In this document: in pieces, positions 26,334-38,431 of the stretch
Numbering within the stretch: the first letter of the stretch is position 1
Layout: the number at the start of each line of letters is the position of its first letter
Assembly: GCA_951406725.2 (NCBI GenBank)
Contig: OX597832.1
Location: forward strand, 30,814,001-30,878,000
Length of the DNA: 64,000 bases
DNA from: Octopus vulgaris
Taxonomy: Eukaryota
Direction: 5' to 3'
Position numbers and translations under genes: made by a program
Notes under the pieces: model-generated
Seen by the model: the letters and a program-made list of their open reading frames with translations, nothing else
What the model was told of the DNA's origin: nothing
Database searches by the model: none

Positions 26334-26815
26334 GAGGTTTGATCAATAAGCATCCGGACTGTTGCCATAGTAATGAAGCTAAAGCATACAGAGTGACTCC
26401 GCTTGCCACAGATTGACCCTGAACTCTGCTGTGCATGCACACTGTTTTAACGTTCTAGCTTACTTCTGGGGTTCAGAGCAGTGCTTGGAAGGAAGGTGTG
26501 TAGCATGTGGTTGTCGCATTGACCATAACAAAGAAAGTTGTCATAGCAATACCTGTTCAAAAGCCTATGCAAAGTTGCAGAAAGTGTATGGAGAGGAGTG
26601 TATGAGCTGCACAGAAGTATATGAGTGGTTCAGATGATTACAAAATGGCCGAAAAAATGTCAATATTGACGAACATTCTATGAAACCTGCAACCAGCAGA
26701 ACTGAGAAAAACATTGCAGAAGTGCATGCTACTGTGAGGGGGAATTGTTGAATCACCATCCGAGTTCTCAGAATGTGCAGATTAGTTATGGTTCAATTCA
26801 GTCCATTATCACAAA
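26333..26815 (+). mobile_element. Mariner 5' fragment
   Basis: TA+CGAGG..AATAAGCATCCGGACT TIR; AYAKLQKVYGEECMS..VYEWF helix-turn-helix. Confidence 0.8.
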
Positions 26816-27061
26816 TATGTACCTCTCTAACCCTTAATAGCATGGAAAAATACATTAATTGGATGTTAATTTGGAAACTACGGTTCTTTCTGTCACCTAA
26901 GTTTGTACCAGTAACAGACAGTTCCATTTGATCAACTTTTCTATTTCATCTCATTATTTGCTGTATATTTTCATTAAAATAAAAATGTAACTTTTTCCTT
27001 TTTTCCTCATTGGAAAATACTTCCCTCCTTTGACTCTTCCTCCCGTTTCTCTATCAAACAG

Positions 27062-27167
27062 TACATGGAACTTTTAAAAAGTCACCAAAATCGCCCTTTG
27101 CGTTGCTCTGCTATCCTTTGGGCTTTAGGGCAAGCTGGTTTTAAGGACCTTTCTACAGGTTTGAGAA
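27062..27167 (+). CDS. TMEM214: TMEM214 exon 6 (YMELLKSHQNRP...WALGQAGFKDLSTGLR)
   Basis: aacag| ... A|gtaagt; conserved WALGQAGF motif. Confidence 0.94.
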
Positions 27168-27840
27168 GTAAGTTCATATTTTTCCATGTTAACTTTTTAG
27201 TTTGACATTTGACATTGAATTAAAAATTTTTGTTTAATTTTGTGTGTGTGTTTGCACATGTGTCCACACGTACTGAGGTTAGTCTACAGGTGTGCTTGTG
27301 AGTGTTCACATTGTTGCGGTGTAGGTGCAGGTGTGTCCACATGCATTGAGAGAAGAGTACATATGTGTAGGTATGTATCTACACATATTGAGTTGTTTGT
27401 TCCTGTGCATGTGGCCATCATGTAATGGTGATGAAAGAAACCCTTTAAAATCCTATCTTGGTAACATTTACCTGTATGTAGTCCAGCTTTTGCCAGAAAC
27501 TGTAGTGTGTTAAACAAAATACCTTGTGATCCTTTATGTTCTAAGTTCAGTTGTGTTCTTGAGCAAGACACTTTATTTCACATTGCTCCAATCTACCAGC
27601 CAGCAAAAAGTGTGATGTTCTCTGTTCTAGGAGGGCAAAATTCCCAAATAAAATCTGTCACAGCCTAAAAAAAATACTGTGATTGAGGTGTTAACTGTCT
27701 CCACTAACAAATAAATATGAAATAAAAATGTATTCCCAAGCATGGCTGCTGTCCAATGACCGAAACAAGTAAACGATAAAAGAATGTATATACACACACA
27801 CACACACATTAAATGCTTTTCTTTTCTTCTTTGTTTTCAG

Positions 27841-27928
27841 TTTGGATGGAACTTATGATTTCTTCATTGGGATTTCGTACAATAACGGTGGCATCATATC
27901 CCGTAGACTACTTAGAGACGTTATTCAG
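27841..27928 (+). CDS. TMEM214: TMEM214 exon 7 (IWMELMISSLG...YLETLF)
   Basis: ttttcag| ... AG|gtatac; phase 1/2. Confidence 0.9.
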
Positions 27929-28002
27929 GTATACATTCAGATTTCACAATTTTTTTCCCAAAATTTTAGCTATAAGTTCACCTAACATATATTCATATAT
28001 TT

Positions 28003-28345
28003 TTGTGGAGGGAGCCTGTGGAAGAGGTAGGCCCAGGAAGACGTGTGATGACATGGTGGAGCATGATCTTTGGATGTTGGGTCTCACAGAGGTGATGACA
28101 AGTGATGGAGACCTTTGGCGATTTGCCGTGATTAAGAAGACATGCTAAGCCAAGTGAAATCGTGGTCGTGACCAGTGCCGATGACATATAAAAGGCACTA
28201 ATTACACTCTTGGAGTGGATGGTGTTGGGGAGGGCATCCAACCATAGAAACCAAGCCAAATCAGACTGGAGCTTAGTGCAGCTCTCTGACTTAACAGTTC
28301 CATCTAACCATCTAACCCATGCCAGCATGGAAAACGGATGATGAG
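28003..28345 (+). mobile_element. 5'-truncated RTE-type LINE end plus 3' UTR
   Basis: VEGACGRGRPRKT..D..WR..V C-terminus, then the shared ...CCATGCCAGCATGGAAAACGGATGATG tail. Related minus-strand copies at ~36080-36350 and ~41390-41575. Confidence 0.75.
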
Positions 28346-28655
28346 GATTCTCTCTCTAGATTTTCTGTAGAATTCCGTGCCAGAACTACAAGGTGTGACA
28401 TTTCGTCTCCGTAAACAATGCGATTGTATAGTTTACACAAACGTATTCATTAGATAAAGCATCTTGGCAGTGGCTGGTTCTGAATTCTGTAGAAAGTCTA
28501 TAGAGATAAGCTTAAAAATGAAAAATATTGTGATACTAACACCAAAATAAGATGCAATATTTTGTAAACCTTTAACACACTTGGTAGTATATTATGGTTG
28601 CAAAACGAAAATACTGTGTCCCTACAAGCAATTAAAACACACACACACACACACA

Positions 28656-28870
28656 CAAGGGTGCTGATAAGTTCTTGGTTCTGGGTAAAAGAAAATACAG
28701 GAGGATCAGTTAATTATGATTTTATTCAACCTATTTCCCTCTTAGATTCACAAACTAACTGCAGCAATCCTTCAGTTTTTCTAAACCCTGTAAAAGAACT
28801 CAGAATGTTGGACCTCCAACCAGTCCCTTTGTGATACCCTTAAAGCCAGGGACTTTTCAGCACTCCCTCG
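28656..28870. mobile_element. Mariner-derived MITE
   Basis: Inverted ends AGGGGTGCTGATAAGTTC / GACTTTTCAGCACTCCCTCG followed by TA. Confidence 0.65.
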
Positions 28871-29609
28871 TATGTATACACACACACACACACACACACA
28901 ATTTTAAGAAGCTTGTTATGCCACATGGTTTTAGGTCCAGTCCCACTATCACACCTCAGGCCAATCAAAACTTTGTGAGTGGGTTTCGTAGATCAAAACT
29001 GAAAGAAGCCCAGTTTGTGTGTGTGTGTGCATGTCTCTGTTTTGACATTGCATAATAGTTGTAAACAAGTGCCACCATCATAGAAGTAATGCCTTTCATT
29101 TCCGATCTTCTGTGAAAATGTATCCAACCATGAGAAAGTATTTGAGGAGTGGAGACAAGAATGGCATCCAGCCTCAACAAATTCTGTCTGACCGATGCAA
29201 GCTTGGAAAAATGGATGTTAATACAAATATGATGATTTTCAAGGAAGGGATACCAACATTTCCTTCACATAGAGGGCCAAACGTTTTATGTACCACCGGC
29301 ACGTAAAAGTACCCACTACACTCTTGGAGTGGTTGGCGTTAGGAAGGGCATCCAGCTATAGAAACTCTGCCAGATCAGATTGGAGCCTGGTGCAGCCTAC
29401 TGGCTTCCCAGACCCCAGTTGAACCATTTAACCCTTGCCAGCATGGAAAGCAGATGTTAAACGAGGATGATGATGGAGGATGTTGTAATCTTTTTATTTC
29501 ATATTATTTGAAAAATCTTTGTTATTGAAACAAATTCATTCATATTTGATTTTTGATTTCTTTTTTTTTTTTTTAATCCATCCTACAATATGAATTTATA
29601 TTTTTCCAG

Positions 29610-29751
29610 TATTCACAAGAATGTGTCTTCTGCATACGGAGTAATTTCTGTAAAGGAATATTTCTACATCCTTGATTTGATATACAACACTAACATCAAT
29701 ATACAAAATGATTTACGGAAAAAATTAAAAGTGTTAAATGCAAAATTGAAG
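29610..29751 (+). CDS. TMEM214: TMEM214 exon 8 (SIHKNVSSAYGVIS...AKLK)
   Basis: ttccag| ... AAG|gtaaat; phase 2/0. Confidence 0.9.
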
Positions 29752-30240
29752 GTAAATACCATTTTTTTTTTTTATTTGTCTGCCACTTCTTAAGCACACA
29801 TTTTTTCTGGTTGACGAATTATTGTAAGAAAATTTTAATGTTTTTAGATATAAAATAAAAAGCAAAAAAGTATCTCGTAGGTTTTGTTCTTTGTTTCTTA
29901 AATCTTTACTTTGAGAAACATCTACTTTTTTTTCCCCCTTTTTTCAGCATATAATTCACTGTTCACAATGTCTGTCTGTCTGTCTGCATTGCATCTATCC
30001 CTTTTCAAGTTTTTGTCTACCTCTTGTAACCTTTTGTGTTGTCTGTCTGTCTGTCCATCTCATATTCCCTTCATTCCATTTTTATTTCTCCTATCAGATT
30101 ATTTAATTACTTCTTCATTATCCTTGATTTTCTTGTTCTTTTTTTCCATTGTTTTTTTTCCATTGTTTATATTCTTCTGTTCAAAAGTGCTTTATTTATT
30201 TATTTTATTGTAATTGTTGTATTTGTTTTTTTTTCTTAAG

Positions 30241-30342
30241 GTTATTACATATGGACCAAATCCAGACAAAACGTTACGATCTTTTTTCCCATCCTACCTA
30301 ACCAGATTGAATTCCACATGCTCTCAAGCCTTGAAAACAGAG
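30241..30342 (+). CDS. TMEM214: TMEM214 exon 9 (VITYGPNPDKTLRSFFPSYL...LKTE)
   Basis: cttaag| ... GAG|gtaaaa; phase 0/0. Confidence 0.93.
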
Positions 30343-30933
30343 GTAAAACTTTATAAAATATAAAACAATTTATCTTACTTTCTTGTATTTGGAGAAAACT
30401 AGACTAAATACCTTTGTCTTTCTAGAAGAAATGTTTAAATCTACACATGTCAACTTTTGACTTCTTTCCTTATGATATAATGAAAATTATTGTATACAGT
30501 GCTCAGGTGCACCACAATTTGTCAAAAGTGCATATAAAGCATATGCAGTAATGTACAAATGTCTGGAAAGTGAACAGTTTATGAGTCAGAGAGATGCTTG
30601 CTTGTGTGTATGGAGGGGAGAAAATCAGGTGTAGTGTTGGCGAATCTCAGGAAGCATGGAAGTTTTGAAGGATGCAGTGCTCCGACAACTTACAACTGAT
30701 GCCGGCAGTTTGTTCCATGCCTCAGCGTGTTACTTTTGATTTATTGTAATCTGAGTTCAAATCATACTGAAAGTGAGTTGGTGTACATCTATGTGCATAT
30801 ATGTATGTAAGCATGTGTGTGTGTGTGTGTATCTATCTATCTACCTGTATTTACCTCTGTGTATATATAACAACTGAATGCCAATGAAATCCATAAGTAT
30901 ATTCTCAGGTGTTTTGTGCTGTTGATGTTGTAG

Positions 30934-31025
30934 CTACTGACCAGTTTGGTGAAGTGCCTCTTGAAAGATGACCATTGTTTTAGTCTCTGGCAGCAAATGT
31001 ATCCAAAGCACCTAAAACAGTCAGG
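30934..31025 (+). CDS. TMEM214: TMEM214 exon 10 (LLTSLVKCL...WQQMYPKHLKQS)
   Basis: ttgtag| ... GG|gtatgt; phase 0/2. Confidence 0.93.
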
Positions 31026-31068
31026 GTATGTTGTTGCTGTTGTTGTTTTAAATATTTATTAACCTTTC

Positions 31069-31464
31069 GGATCTTTTCCTTTTGATAGACGTAATTCAAC
31101 ACAGTTTCTAGTTAACTAAACAATTTGAAACTTTGTATACTGGTAGAATGTGTCAAAAGAAAACATTATTTTCACTTGGCTTTTTTGATAAATTTGTAAT
31201 TCGTTTGTTTAACTTGGTTTAATTTTTCGAATTTTAACCAATCGAATGCTCTCTTTTGAGCTGAAATCATTTTCTGAAATCATTTTATCGATTGGTTAAA
31301 ATTCGAAAAATTAAACTACGTTAAACAAACGAATTACAAATTTATCAAAAAAGCCAAGTGAAAATAATGTTTTCTTTTGACACATTCTACCAGTATATGA
31401 AGTTTCAAATTGTTTAGTTAACTAGAAACTGTGTTGAATTCCGTCTATCAAAAGGAAAAAATCC
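31069..31464. mobile_element. Foldback MITE with GG termini and 8-bp TSD (Merlin-like)
   Basis: Near-perfect palindrome with ~190-bp arms; TSD AACCTTTC at 31061-31068 and 31465-31472. Confidence 0.85.
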
Positions 31465-31825
31465 AACCTTTCCTTGGCCATCTTGGATTTGTTCTTGTTG
31501 TTGTTTATCCCCAGTACTGCCTTCCATTTGTAAGATGTTAATGTGTAAGTTGAGGGAGATTTGTCTGCTATTTCTAGCTGGTCAAGTGATTGTATTAGAG
31601 GCCCTCTTGTTGGCTTGTCTTGAATGTCACTGGCAGAAATGTGATAGTAGTCTAGTGTACCGGACTTGTAGCATTAGTTCTGAGTACTGGAATCACAGTG
31701 CTTAACCATAGTTCCTGTTGAGACACACTGATTGATTGAGAATGGAAAGAATTGTGTCACCAGAACAAGAAAGAAAGATCTGGGTAGGATTGGTTCAGAT
31801 CTGATCTGTAAGTCAGTGATTAGAT

Positions 31826-32093
31826 CAGTGGTTCCCAACCCTTTTTTACCCATTTACCCCATTGGTTCCTATTCTGTTAGGATGGACCCTCATAGCCATT
31901 TGATGTCTTTAAAAAAAAACAACCTATTTTTATAATTAAATATTCTAAGGAATTGTGTAAAGAATTAAAATATTTTGTGGATTGTAGAAATACAACGAAT
32001 GCACTGCACGTAAATTCTTAACAGCAAAATCTTATTTGGACCCCCACACCACTCCACCCCCAGGTTCATGTGGACCCCTGTTGAGAACCACTG
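31826..32093. mobile_element. hAT (Charlie-like) MITE
   Basis: TIRs CAGTGGTTCCCAAC / GTTGAGAACCACTG; 8-bp TSD GATTAGAT / AATTAGAT. Confidence 0.8.
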
Positions 32094-32388
32094 AATTAGA
32101 TCATGGTTTATGGCACAGTGTTGAGATGAATTTTGTTTTATTCTTTTACTTGTTTCAGTCATTTGACTGCAGCCATACTGGAGCACCACCTTAAAAGGTT
32201 TTAGTCAAAGAAATCAACCCCTGGGACTTATTCCTTGTAAGCCTGGTACTTTATTGGTCTTTTGTGCCAAACTGCTAAGTTATGGGGACCTAAACACACC
32301 AGCATCAGTCGTTAAGTGATGGAGAGGTGGAGACACACACAAATACATACATACATTCATATATATATATATACATTCATATATATAT

Positions 32389-32421
<33 letters not shown>

Positions 32422-33164
32422 CATATGATGGACTTCTTTCGATTTCCGTCTACCAAATCCACTCATGAGGCTTTGGTTGACCTGAGGCTATAGTATGACA
32501 CTTGCCCAAGGTGCCACATAGTGGGACTGAACCCAAAACCATGTGGTTGGGAAGCAAACTTCTTACCACATAGCCACGTCTGAATGAAGATAAAATGTTT
32601 ATGATGAAATGATGAGCTGTTGTTTAGAAGAGTGTAATTTTTCAAACTTGTAAATAGTTAAAAAACAAAAATGCTAATCCCTAAATATGAGATTAATTAC
32701 ATCTATAATTCCTTTCCATCTGTTTCATCTCCAGTGTTCACATATGTATATATTGTGTATTATATATGTGTGTGTATATAATATACACACACACATATGT
32801 ATATATTATTGTGTATTATATAATATATATATATGGGAGTCCCCCACCACAGCTTGACAACTGATGTTGGTGTGTTTACATCCCTGTAACTTAGCGGTTT
32901 GGCATAAAAGACTGACAAAATTAGTGCCAGGCTTAAAAAGTGGTGGTGCCAATTGGTTCAACTAAAATTTATCAAAGGTGGTGCCCCAGCTTGGCCTCAG
33001 TCTAATGACTGAAACAAAAGCTAAAAGATTGCAAGCAAAAATAGTTCCACCCTTAAACAGGGACCTAATGGTACCTAAAATCATAATGTAACATAGCTTT
33101 AAGGACGATGGTTAATTTCTCTTTATTTTATTTTTTCTTCTAATTTTTCTTCTTCTTTCTCTAG

Positions 33165-33315
33165 AATTCTGATGACTTATTTGTTTGAGAATTGGAAAAG
33201 AATATCAAGAGAGGTTAATCAGAAACAACTGTACGATACTCTTCATTCCTTTTCTGTGACTAATACTGAATTATCGGTGAAGGGTTCCAAAGACCCGTGT
33301 TTGTCCATATGCAAG
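33165..33315 (+). CDS. TMEM214: TMEM214 exon 11 (GILMTYLFENW...SFSVTN...SICK)
   Basis: ctctag| ... AAG|gtatgt; phase 2/0. Confidence 0.9.
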
Positions 33316-33459
33316 GTATGTATTATGTACACGGTGTGCAAACACATTTTTTCAGTATTTATAGATTTATCACTGATTTAATCTGATTCAAATTACAGGA
33401 GGTCAAAGGTGAACAATATAAGCCGTGTGTTTGTCTTACAGGTGTATTTGTGTAAATGC

Positions 33460-34622
33460 AAGAATTGGTTGAAAAGTTTATAGGCCAACCAAGATACTTT
33501 CATGGAATCTGACCAAACGAGGGTTATTTTTCAACATAGCCCTGCTCTCCCCCACCCATGTTGTCCACACACTTCTTCCATTGGTGTTGCAGTGCTTGGA
33601 CCCTATTGGTTAAGAAGCTTTCATCCTGTTGGTCAAAAAAGTCATCGACAGCAGATATAAGCCAAGTGTTTTTCCATGTTGGGGAACAGATGATGGTCAG
33701 ATGGGGCCAAATCAGGTGACTAGAGGCTTGTGGGGTGGAAGGTTTTCCTGCTGAAAGTAGACCACTTTTGTCAGTTTTCCTGATGGCCTTTCATAACTGT
33801 CTCAACAAGTTGGCATAATATTCTCCATTGATGGTGTGACCCTTTTGAAGAGGGTCAATAAACACAATTCCTTTTGCATCCCAAAATACTGCAGATGAAA
33901 TGACCTTGGCCTTCTTCGGAGCAGGTGAGGAGGGGTGCTTCCACTGCATGGATTGTCTCTGGCTCAGTAATGAAGACAACATTTATCCTGGATTAAGAAA
34001 CATTCAAGAAAACCAGCTGGATCTGCTTCATTGTCAGATTTCCCCAAGATGTGATCAGCCAGGTGCGCTTTTGGTCAGGTGTCAGAAGACACTGCACCCA
34101 CCACGCAGAAACCTTCATCATGCCAAGTCCATTGCACAGAATATTCTCAACTCTCTTATAGAATATACTAATAGAATTGTCTGTTTGATTTATAACCAAT
34201 TGCCTGTCCTCCATCACCATTGGATGAACATGGTCAGTGTTTTCCTTGGTGGCGGCAGTTGCAAGACATTCAGACCTCTGGTCATCTCCAAGACTCTCCC
34301 TTCTCCTCCTAAACTCCGCTGCCCACTTTTGCATTGTTGGTGAAGCTGAAGCATCATCTCCTAATGTAGCAATCATTTTTTACCATGAATGTCCTTGAGG
34401 GCGAAACTCTTCTTCTGCAGGTACTTGATAACAGAACGATGCCAAATTTTGTCCACTCTCAAGAGATGTCACTACTAGTTACTTTCAAAGTCTTCTTTGA
34501 ACAGTCAGATGTGAATTTACCTGGAAAGAAACAATGCAGTTGGAATTCTTGCATGCAAGATTTCACAGCTCTAGCATCACTCCTTCATAGTCTGCCTATC
34601 AGCTTTTCAAACCACTCTCGTA
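33460..34622 (-). mobile_element. Near-complete degenerate mariner element
   Basis: Fragments QKWAAEFRR, VSAWWVQCLLT..QK, QWKHPSSPAPKKAK, FWDAKGI..INGEYYANLL and SPDLAPSD. Imperfect TIRs at both ends, TA at 34621-34622, multiple frameshifts. Confidence 0.9.
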
Positions 34623-35036
34623 TGTATGTATGTATGTGTGTGTGTGTGTGCGTGCTTGTGTGTGTGTGTGTATGTATGTGCATATATATATATATAGGGT
34701 GGGGGGGAGAGAGTCTCTAATTGGGTGGTTGGGCATTACATGCAATAGAATAGATTGGGTTTAGTGACAGGGGTTGTCGCAAAAGTAGAAGGGAGGGGAT
34801 GTTAGGATGGGTTTTGTAGGAGGGCCCAATGCTAGCCTATTACACACACTGTATATGTGTGTGTATGTGTGATATGCATGTAGGAGTGTATATGTATGTG
34901 TGTATATTGGTGTACAAATGAGGTCGTTGGACCTATTGAATCCTGTCAACTTGTCTGATCTGTGTTAGCATGGAACATTAGACATGATGATATATGATGA
35001 TATTATATGGATATGTGAATCTTCTCTTTTCTACAG

Positions 35037-35154
35037 GATTTGTTGCAGAAAATGACGCAGCCCCAGTTTCCTTGGTCCCATGTGGTTTTACTCATCATAT
35101 CTTGTCTGGTTTCATTGTTTTTCATTGATGTTTACCTGGGTGGCAGTTTTAGAG
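35037..35154 (+). CDS. TMEM214: TMEM214 exon 12 (DLLQKMTQPQFPW-TM helix-GGSFR)
   Basis: ctacag| ... G|gtaaga; hydrophobic TM segment. Confidence 0.92.
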
Positions 35155-36857
35155 GTAAGACCTACAATATTTCATTATTTCTTTCTTAGTTTTACTTCAT
35201 GCACAAAACACCCCACATTGTTCAAGCAGACTGATGATTAAAGGGGTTGATTTCAGCCATGACCATCTTGTCTTATATGAGCGAGTACATTATATTATCC
35301 AAAATATCCTTCATCTTTTTGAGATGGAAGATGCATTTTGAGAGCGATTTGTCTGCTATTTCTAGGAGTAACTGTGTACAGCAGGCATGGGCAATCCTTT
35401 TTGAGAAGCAGGTCCAAACAGGCCCCACACTTCTAAAAAAAATTCCAGGTAATTTATTGTTTAAGTGTGCCATTCTGAAAATTCCACAGACTGTAGTTTG
35501 TCCATGTTTGGTGTAGAGACTTTGTTATTCAGAGTTGCCAAGAGCTTTATTGCTGGTGATATGATGTCCAGGCCATGCTGTAGAATGATTGGGAATAGGA
35601 AAGGCATCCAGCTGTTGGGACCCCATAAAACATGGAATATATTAAGGAGTCATGGACTCTGCAATTCTGTTTTGCTGGTTACCTATTGACGAGGTAAAAG
35701 TTTATATGGATTAGAAAGAACCTTAAGTCTTGTCTGTTGCAAACAAACTTCTCTAAAACCCCTTTTATGTTGAAGCAGAAATTTCACTGTCAAGTTGTTG
35801 CTTTTCTGGCCCTGCTAAACCACTTGTGATCCCAAATGCCATATCACAGAACGGAATTTGGAACCACATGGTTGTAAGGTTGCAAAACAAACTTTTTCAC
35901 CACAGCACTTATGGCTACACTGGAAATATCCTGCATTGGATTCAGGCTTGAATCCTTCATTTCTAAATTGTGAAAATGATTTCAGCCACTACATCACTGG
36001 TGGTTGTACAAGGAGATTCCTCATTTAGTGTTTGTTCTCCATTTGGAGCTGGTAAACCAGAAAGTCATACTGGGACCCAGTCTGATTTAGCTTGATTTCT
36101 ACAGCTGGATGCCCTTCCTAATGCCAACCACTCTAAGAGTGTAGTGGGTGCCTTTTATATGTCACCAGCACTGGCCACGACTTTGATTTCACATGGCTTG
36201 ACGTGTCTTCTGAAGCACAACAAATCACCAAAGGTCTGAATCACTTGTCATTGCCTCTCCATGAGACCCAACATCTGAAGATCATGCTTCACCACCTGGC
36301 CCCATGTCTTCCTGGGTCTACTTCTTTCACAGGTTCCCTCCACAGTTAGAGATCAAAGTGTCAATGTAAATATAAATTATCTTTATTCATTCATCAACAT
36401 AAATGTCAAATGGAAATTGCAGTTGTGATGCCTGTGCTGGTGGCACGTAAAAAGCACCATCCGAACGTGGCCGATGCCAGTGCCACCTTGACTGGCTTCT
36501 GTGCTGGTGGCACGTAAAAAGCACCAACCGATTATGGCCGTTGCCAGCCTCGCCTGGCACCTGTGCCGGTGGCACGTAAAAAGCACCCACAACACTCACA
36601 GAGTGGTTGGCGTTAGGAAGGGCATCCAACTGTAGAAACACTGCCAGATCCGACTGGAGCCTGGTGCAGCCTCCTGGCTTCCCAGACCCCAGTCGAACTG
36701 TCCAACCCATGCTAGCACGGAAAACGGATGTTAAACGATGATGATGATGATTCTGTAAAGATGCGGTTGATAGCATAAAAACTGCTCCTCTTATCAGAGC
36801 AGGAATTTTCTGCTCTAATATATCCAGACATTTAACCATCTTTCTTGTTTTCTACAG

Positions 36858-36954
36858 GTTCACAGACAGTGCAGTTTCTAGACAGGTTCGGTGTCTTAGA
36901 TGCTACACTCCACACATGGCAGCGAATAGAGTTCTACTCTTTCAAAACTCGAGT
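36858..36954 (+). CDS. TMEM214: TMEM214 exon 13 (GSQTVQFLDRFGVL...FKTR)
   Basis: ctacag| ... GT|gtgagt; phase 1/2. Confidence 0.88.
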
Positions 36955-36981
36955 GTGAGTATATTGTTTGCTTCTTATTAT

Positions 36982-37660
36982 TAAGGTGGAAAGCTGACAG
37001 AATTATTAGCATTCCAGGCAAAATGCTCAGCATTTCGTCTGTCCTTACGTTCAGCCGAGGTCAACTTTGCCTTTAATTCTTTCAGGGTCAATAAAATAAG
37101 TACCAGGTGAACACTGGGGTTAATGTAATTGACTTAACCCCATTCCCCCAAAATTACTTGTGCCAAAAATTTGAACTCATTATCATTATTAAAGCAGTGA
37201 GTGGTAGAATCATTTCTGTGCCAAAAAAAATGCTTAGCAGTGTTTCTTTTGCCTTTACATTCTGAGTTCAAATACTGCCAAGGTTGACTTTGCCTTTCAT
37301 CCTTTCAGGGTCAGTGAAATGGGCACTTGTGAAGTACTGGGGTCAATGTAATCAACTTACCCCATCTCCTCAAAACTGCTTGCCTTGTGCTAAAATTAGA
37401 AATTATCATCATTATTATTATTGAAGCAGTGAGCTGGCAGAATCATTAGCACACCAGGGGAAATGCTTAGCAGTATTTCGTCTGTTGCTACGTTCTGAGT
37501 TCAAATTCTACCATGGTCGACTTTGCCTTTCATCCTTTTGGGGTCAATAAATTAAGTGCCAGTGAAACACTGGGGTTGATGTAATTGACTAGTCCCCCTC
37601 CCCCAAATTTGAGGCCTTGTACCCATAATAGCAAAGATGATTATTATTATTATTATTATT
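36982..37660 (+). mobile_element. Head-to-tail array of 3 SINEs, same family
   Basis: Three units fill almost all of TMEM214 intron 13; the last (ATT)n tail abuts the exon 14 acceptor. Confidence 0.8.
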
Positions 37661-37664
37661 ACAG

Positions 37665-37833
37665 GTTTCTTAAAGAAAATTCCATAAAATATTACAATGT
37701 TGCTGAAAAAACACTGAGACCCTACTTATTGACAGCATGGATGAAGACGAAGGAATTTAGTTTGTATGTTGTTGATGCCACAGCCTCTCAAAGACATTGG
37801 TTGCATGTAAAATTATTAGAAGGCAAGGAATGG
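37665..37833 (+). CDS. TMEM214: TMEM214 exon 14 (VFLKENSIKYY...PYLLTAW...GKEW)
   Basis: (att)n-acag| ... TGG|gtaagt; phase 2/0. Confidence 0.87.
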
Positions 37834-38095
37834 GTAAGTCGTTTTCTTTTACAAGGTATTCAGCTCTTACCTTCTCTCTCTCTTTTGTCTGTCTGTCTGT
37901 CTCTTGTTTGCTTTCATTGTCTGTAAATTCGGGGTCAGTTGGTCAAGGAAAACCTTTGGGGCTGATTTATAAAGTTTAACTTCAGCGTTAGGGTTCCTAT
38001 AATTCACTTTTGTCGTGTTTATCATTTGAGAAGAATTATTTTCTTAGCTATTATTTTATTCACGACATTTCTTCATTCCTTTTGTCTCACTTCAG

Positions 38096-38247
38096 CTGTA
38101 CAATGCATCACCAGAGTTCTGGGACCAACTGATAGATTTCTTCTGGTTATCTCTCTCTTTCCTCCAAGACTACTGCCTCTGGTTATGGCAACATCTCATA
38201 TATTTCAGCCAAAGTTTCTACACATTCCTCTCAACACAAATAGCAGA
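38096..38247 (+). CDS. TMEM214: TMEM214 exon 15 (LYNASPEFWDQL...WLWQHL...QIA)
   Basis: cttcag| ... GA|gtaagt; phase 0/2; aromatic amphipathic segment. Confidence 0.87.
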
Positions 38248-38392
38248 GTAAGTGGCTCAAAATGACCAACTTTTCAAACCTTTTTGTTTCAGAGAATTCT
38301 TTGTTTACATTATGTCAACCCTATTCTCCAGCAGATCTGTGGTCGAGTTCTACTTGGGATTATCATATCATTTTCTTTAATTCTTTGGACTT

Positions 38393-38431
<39 letters not shown>

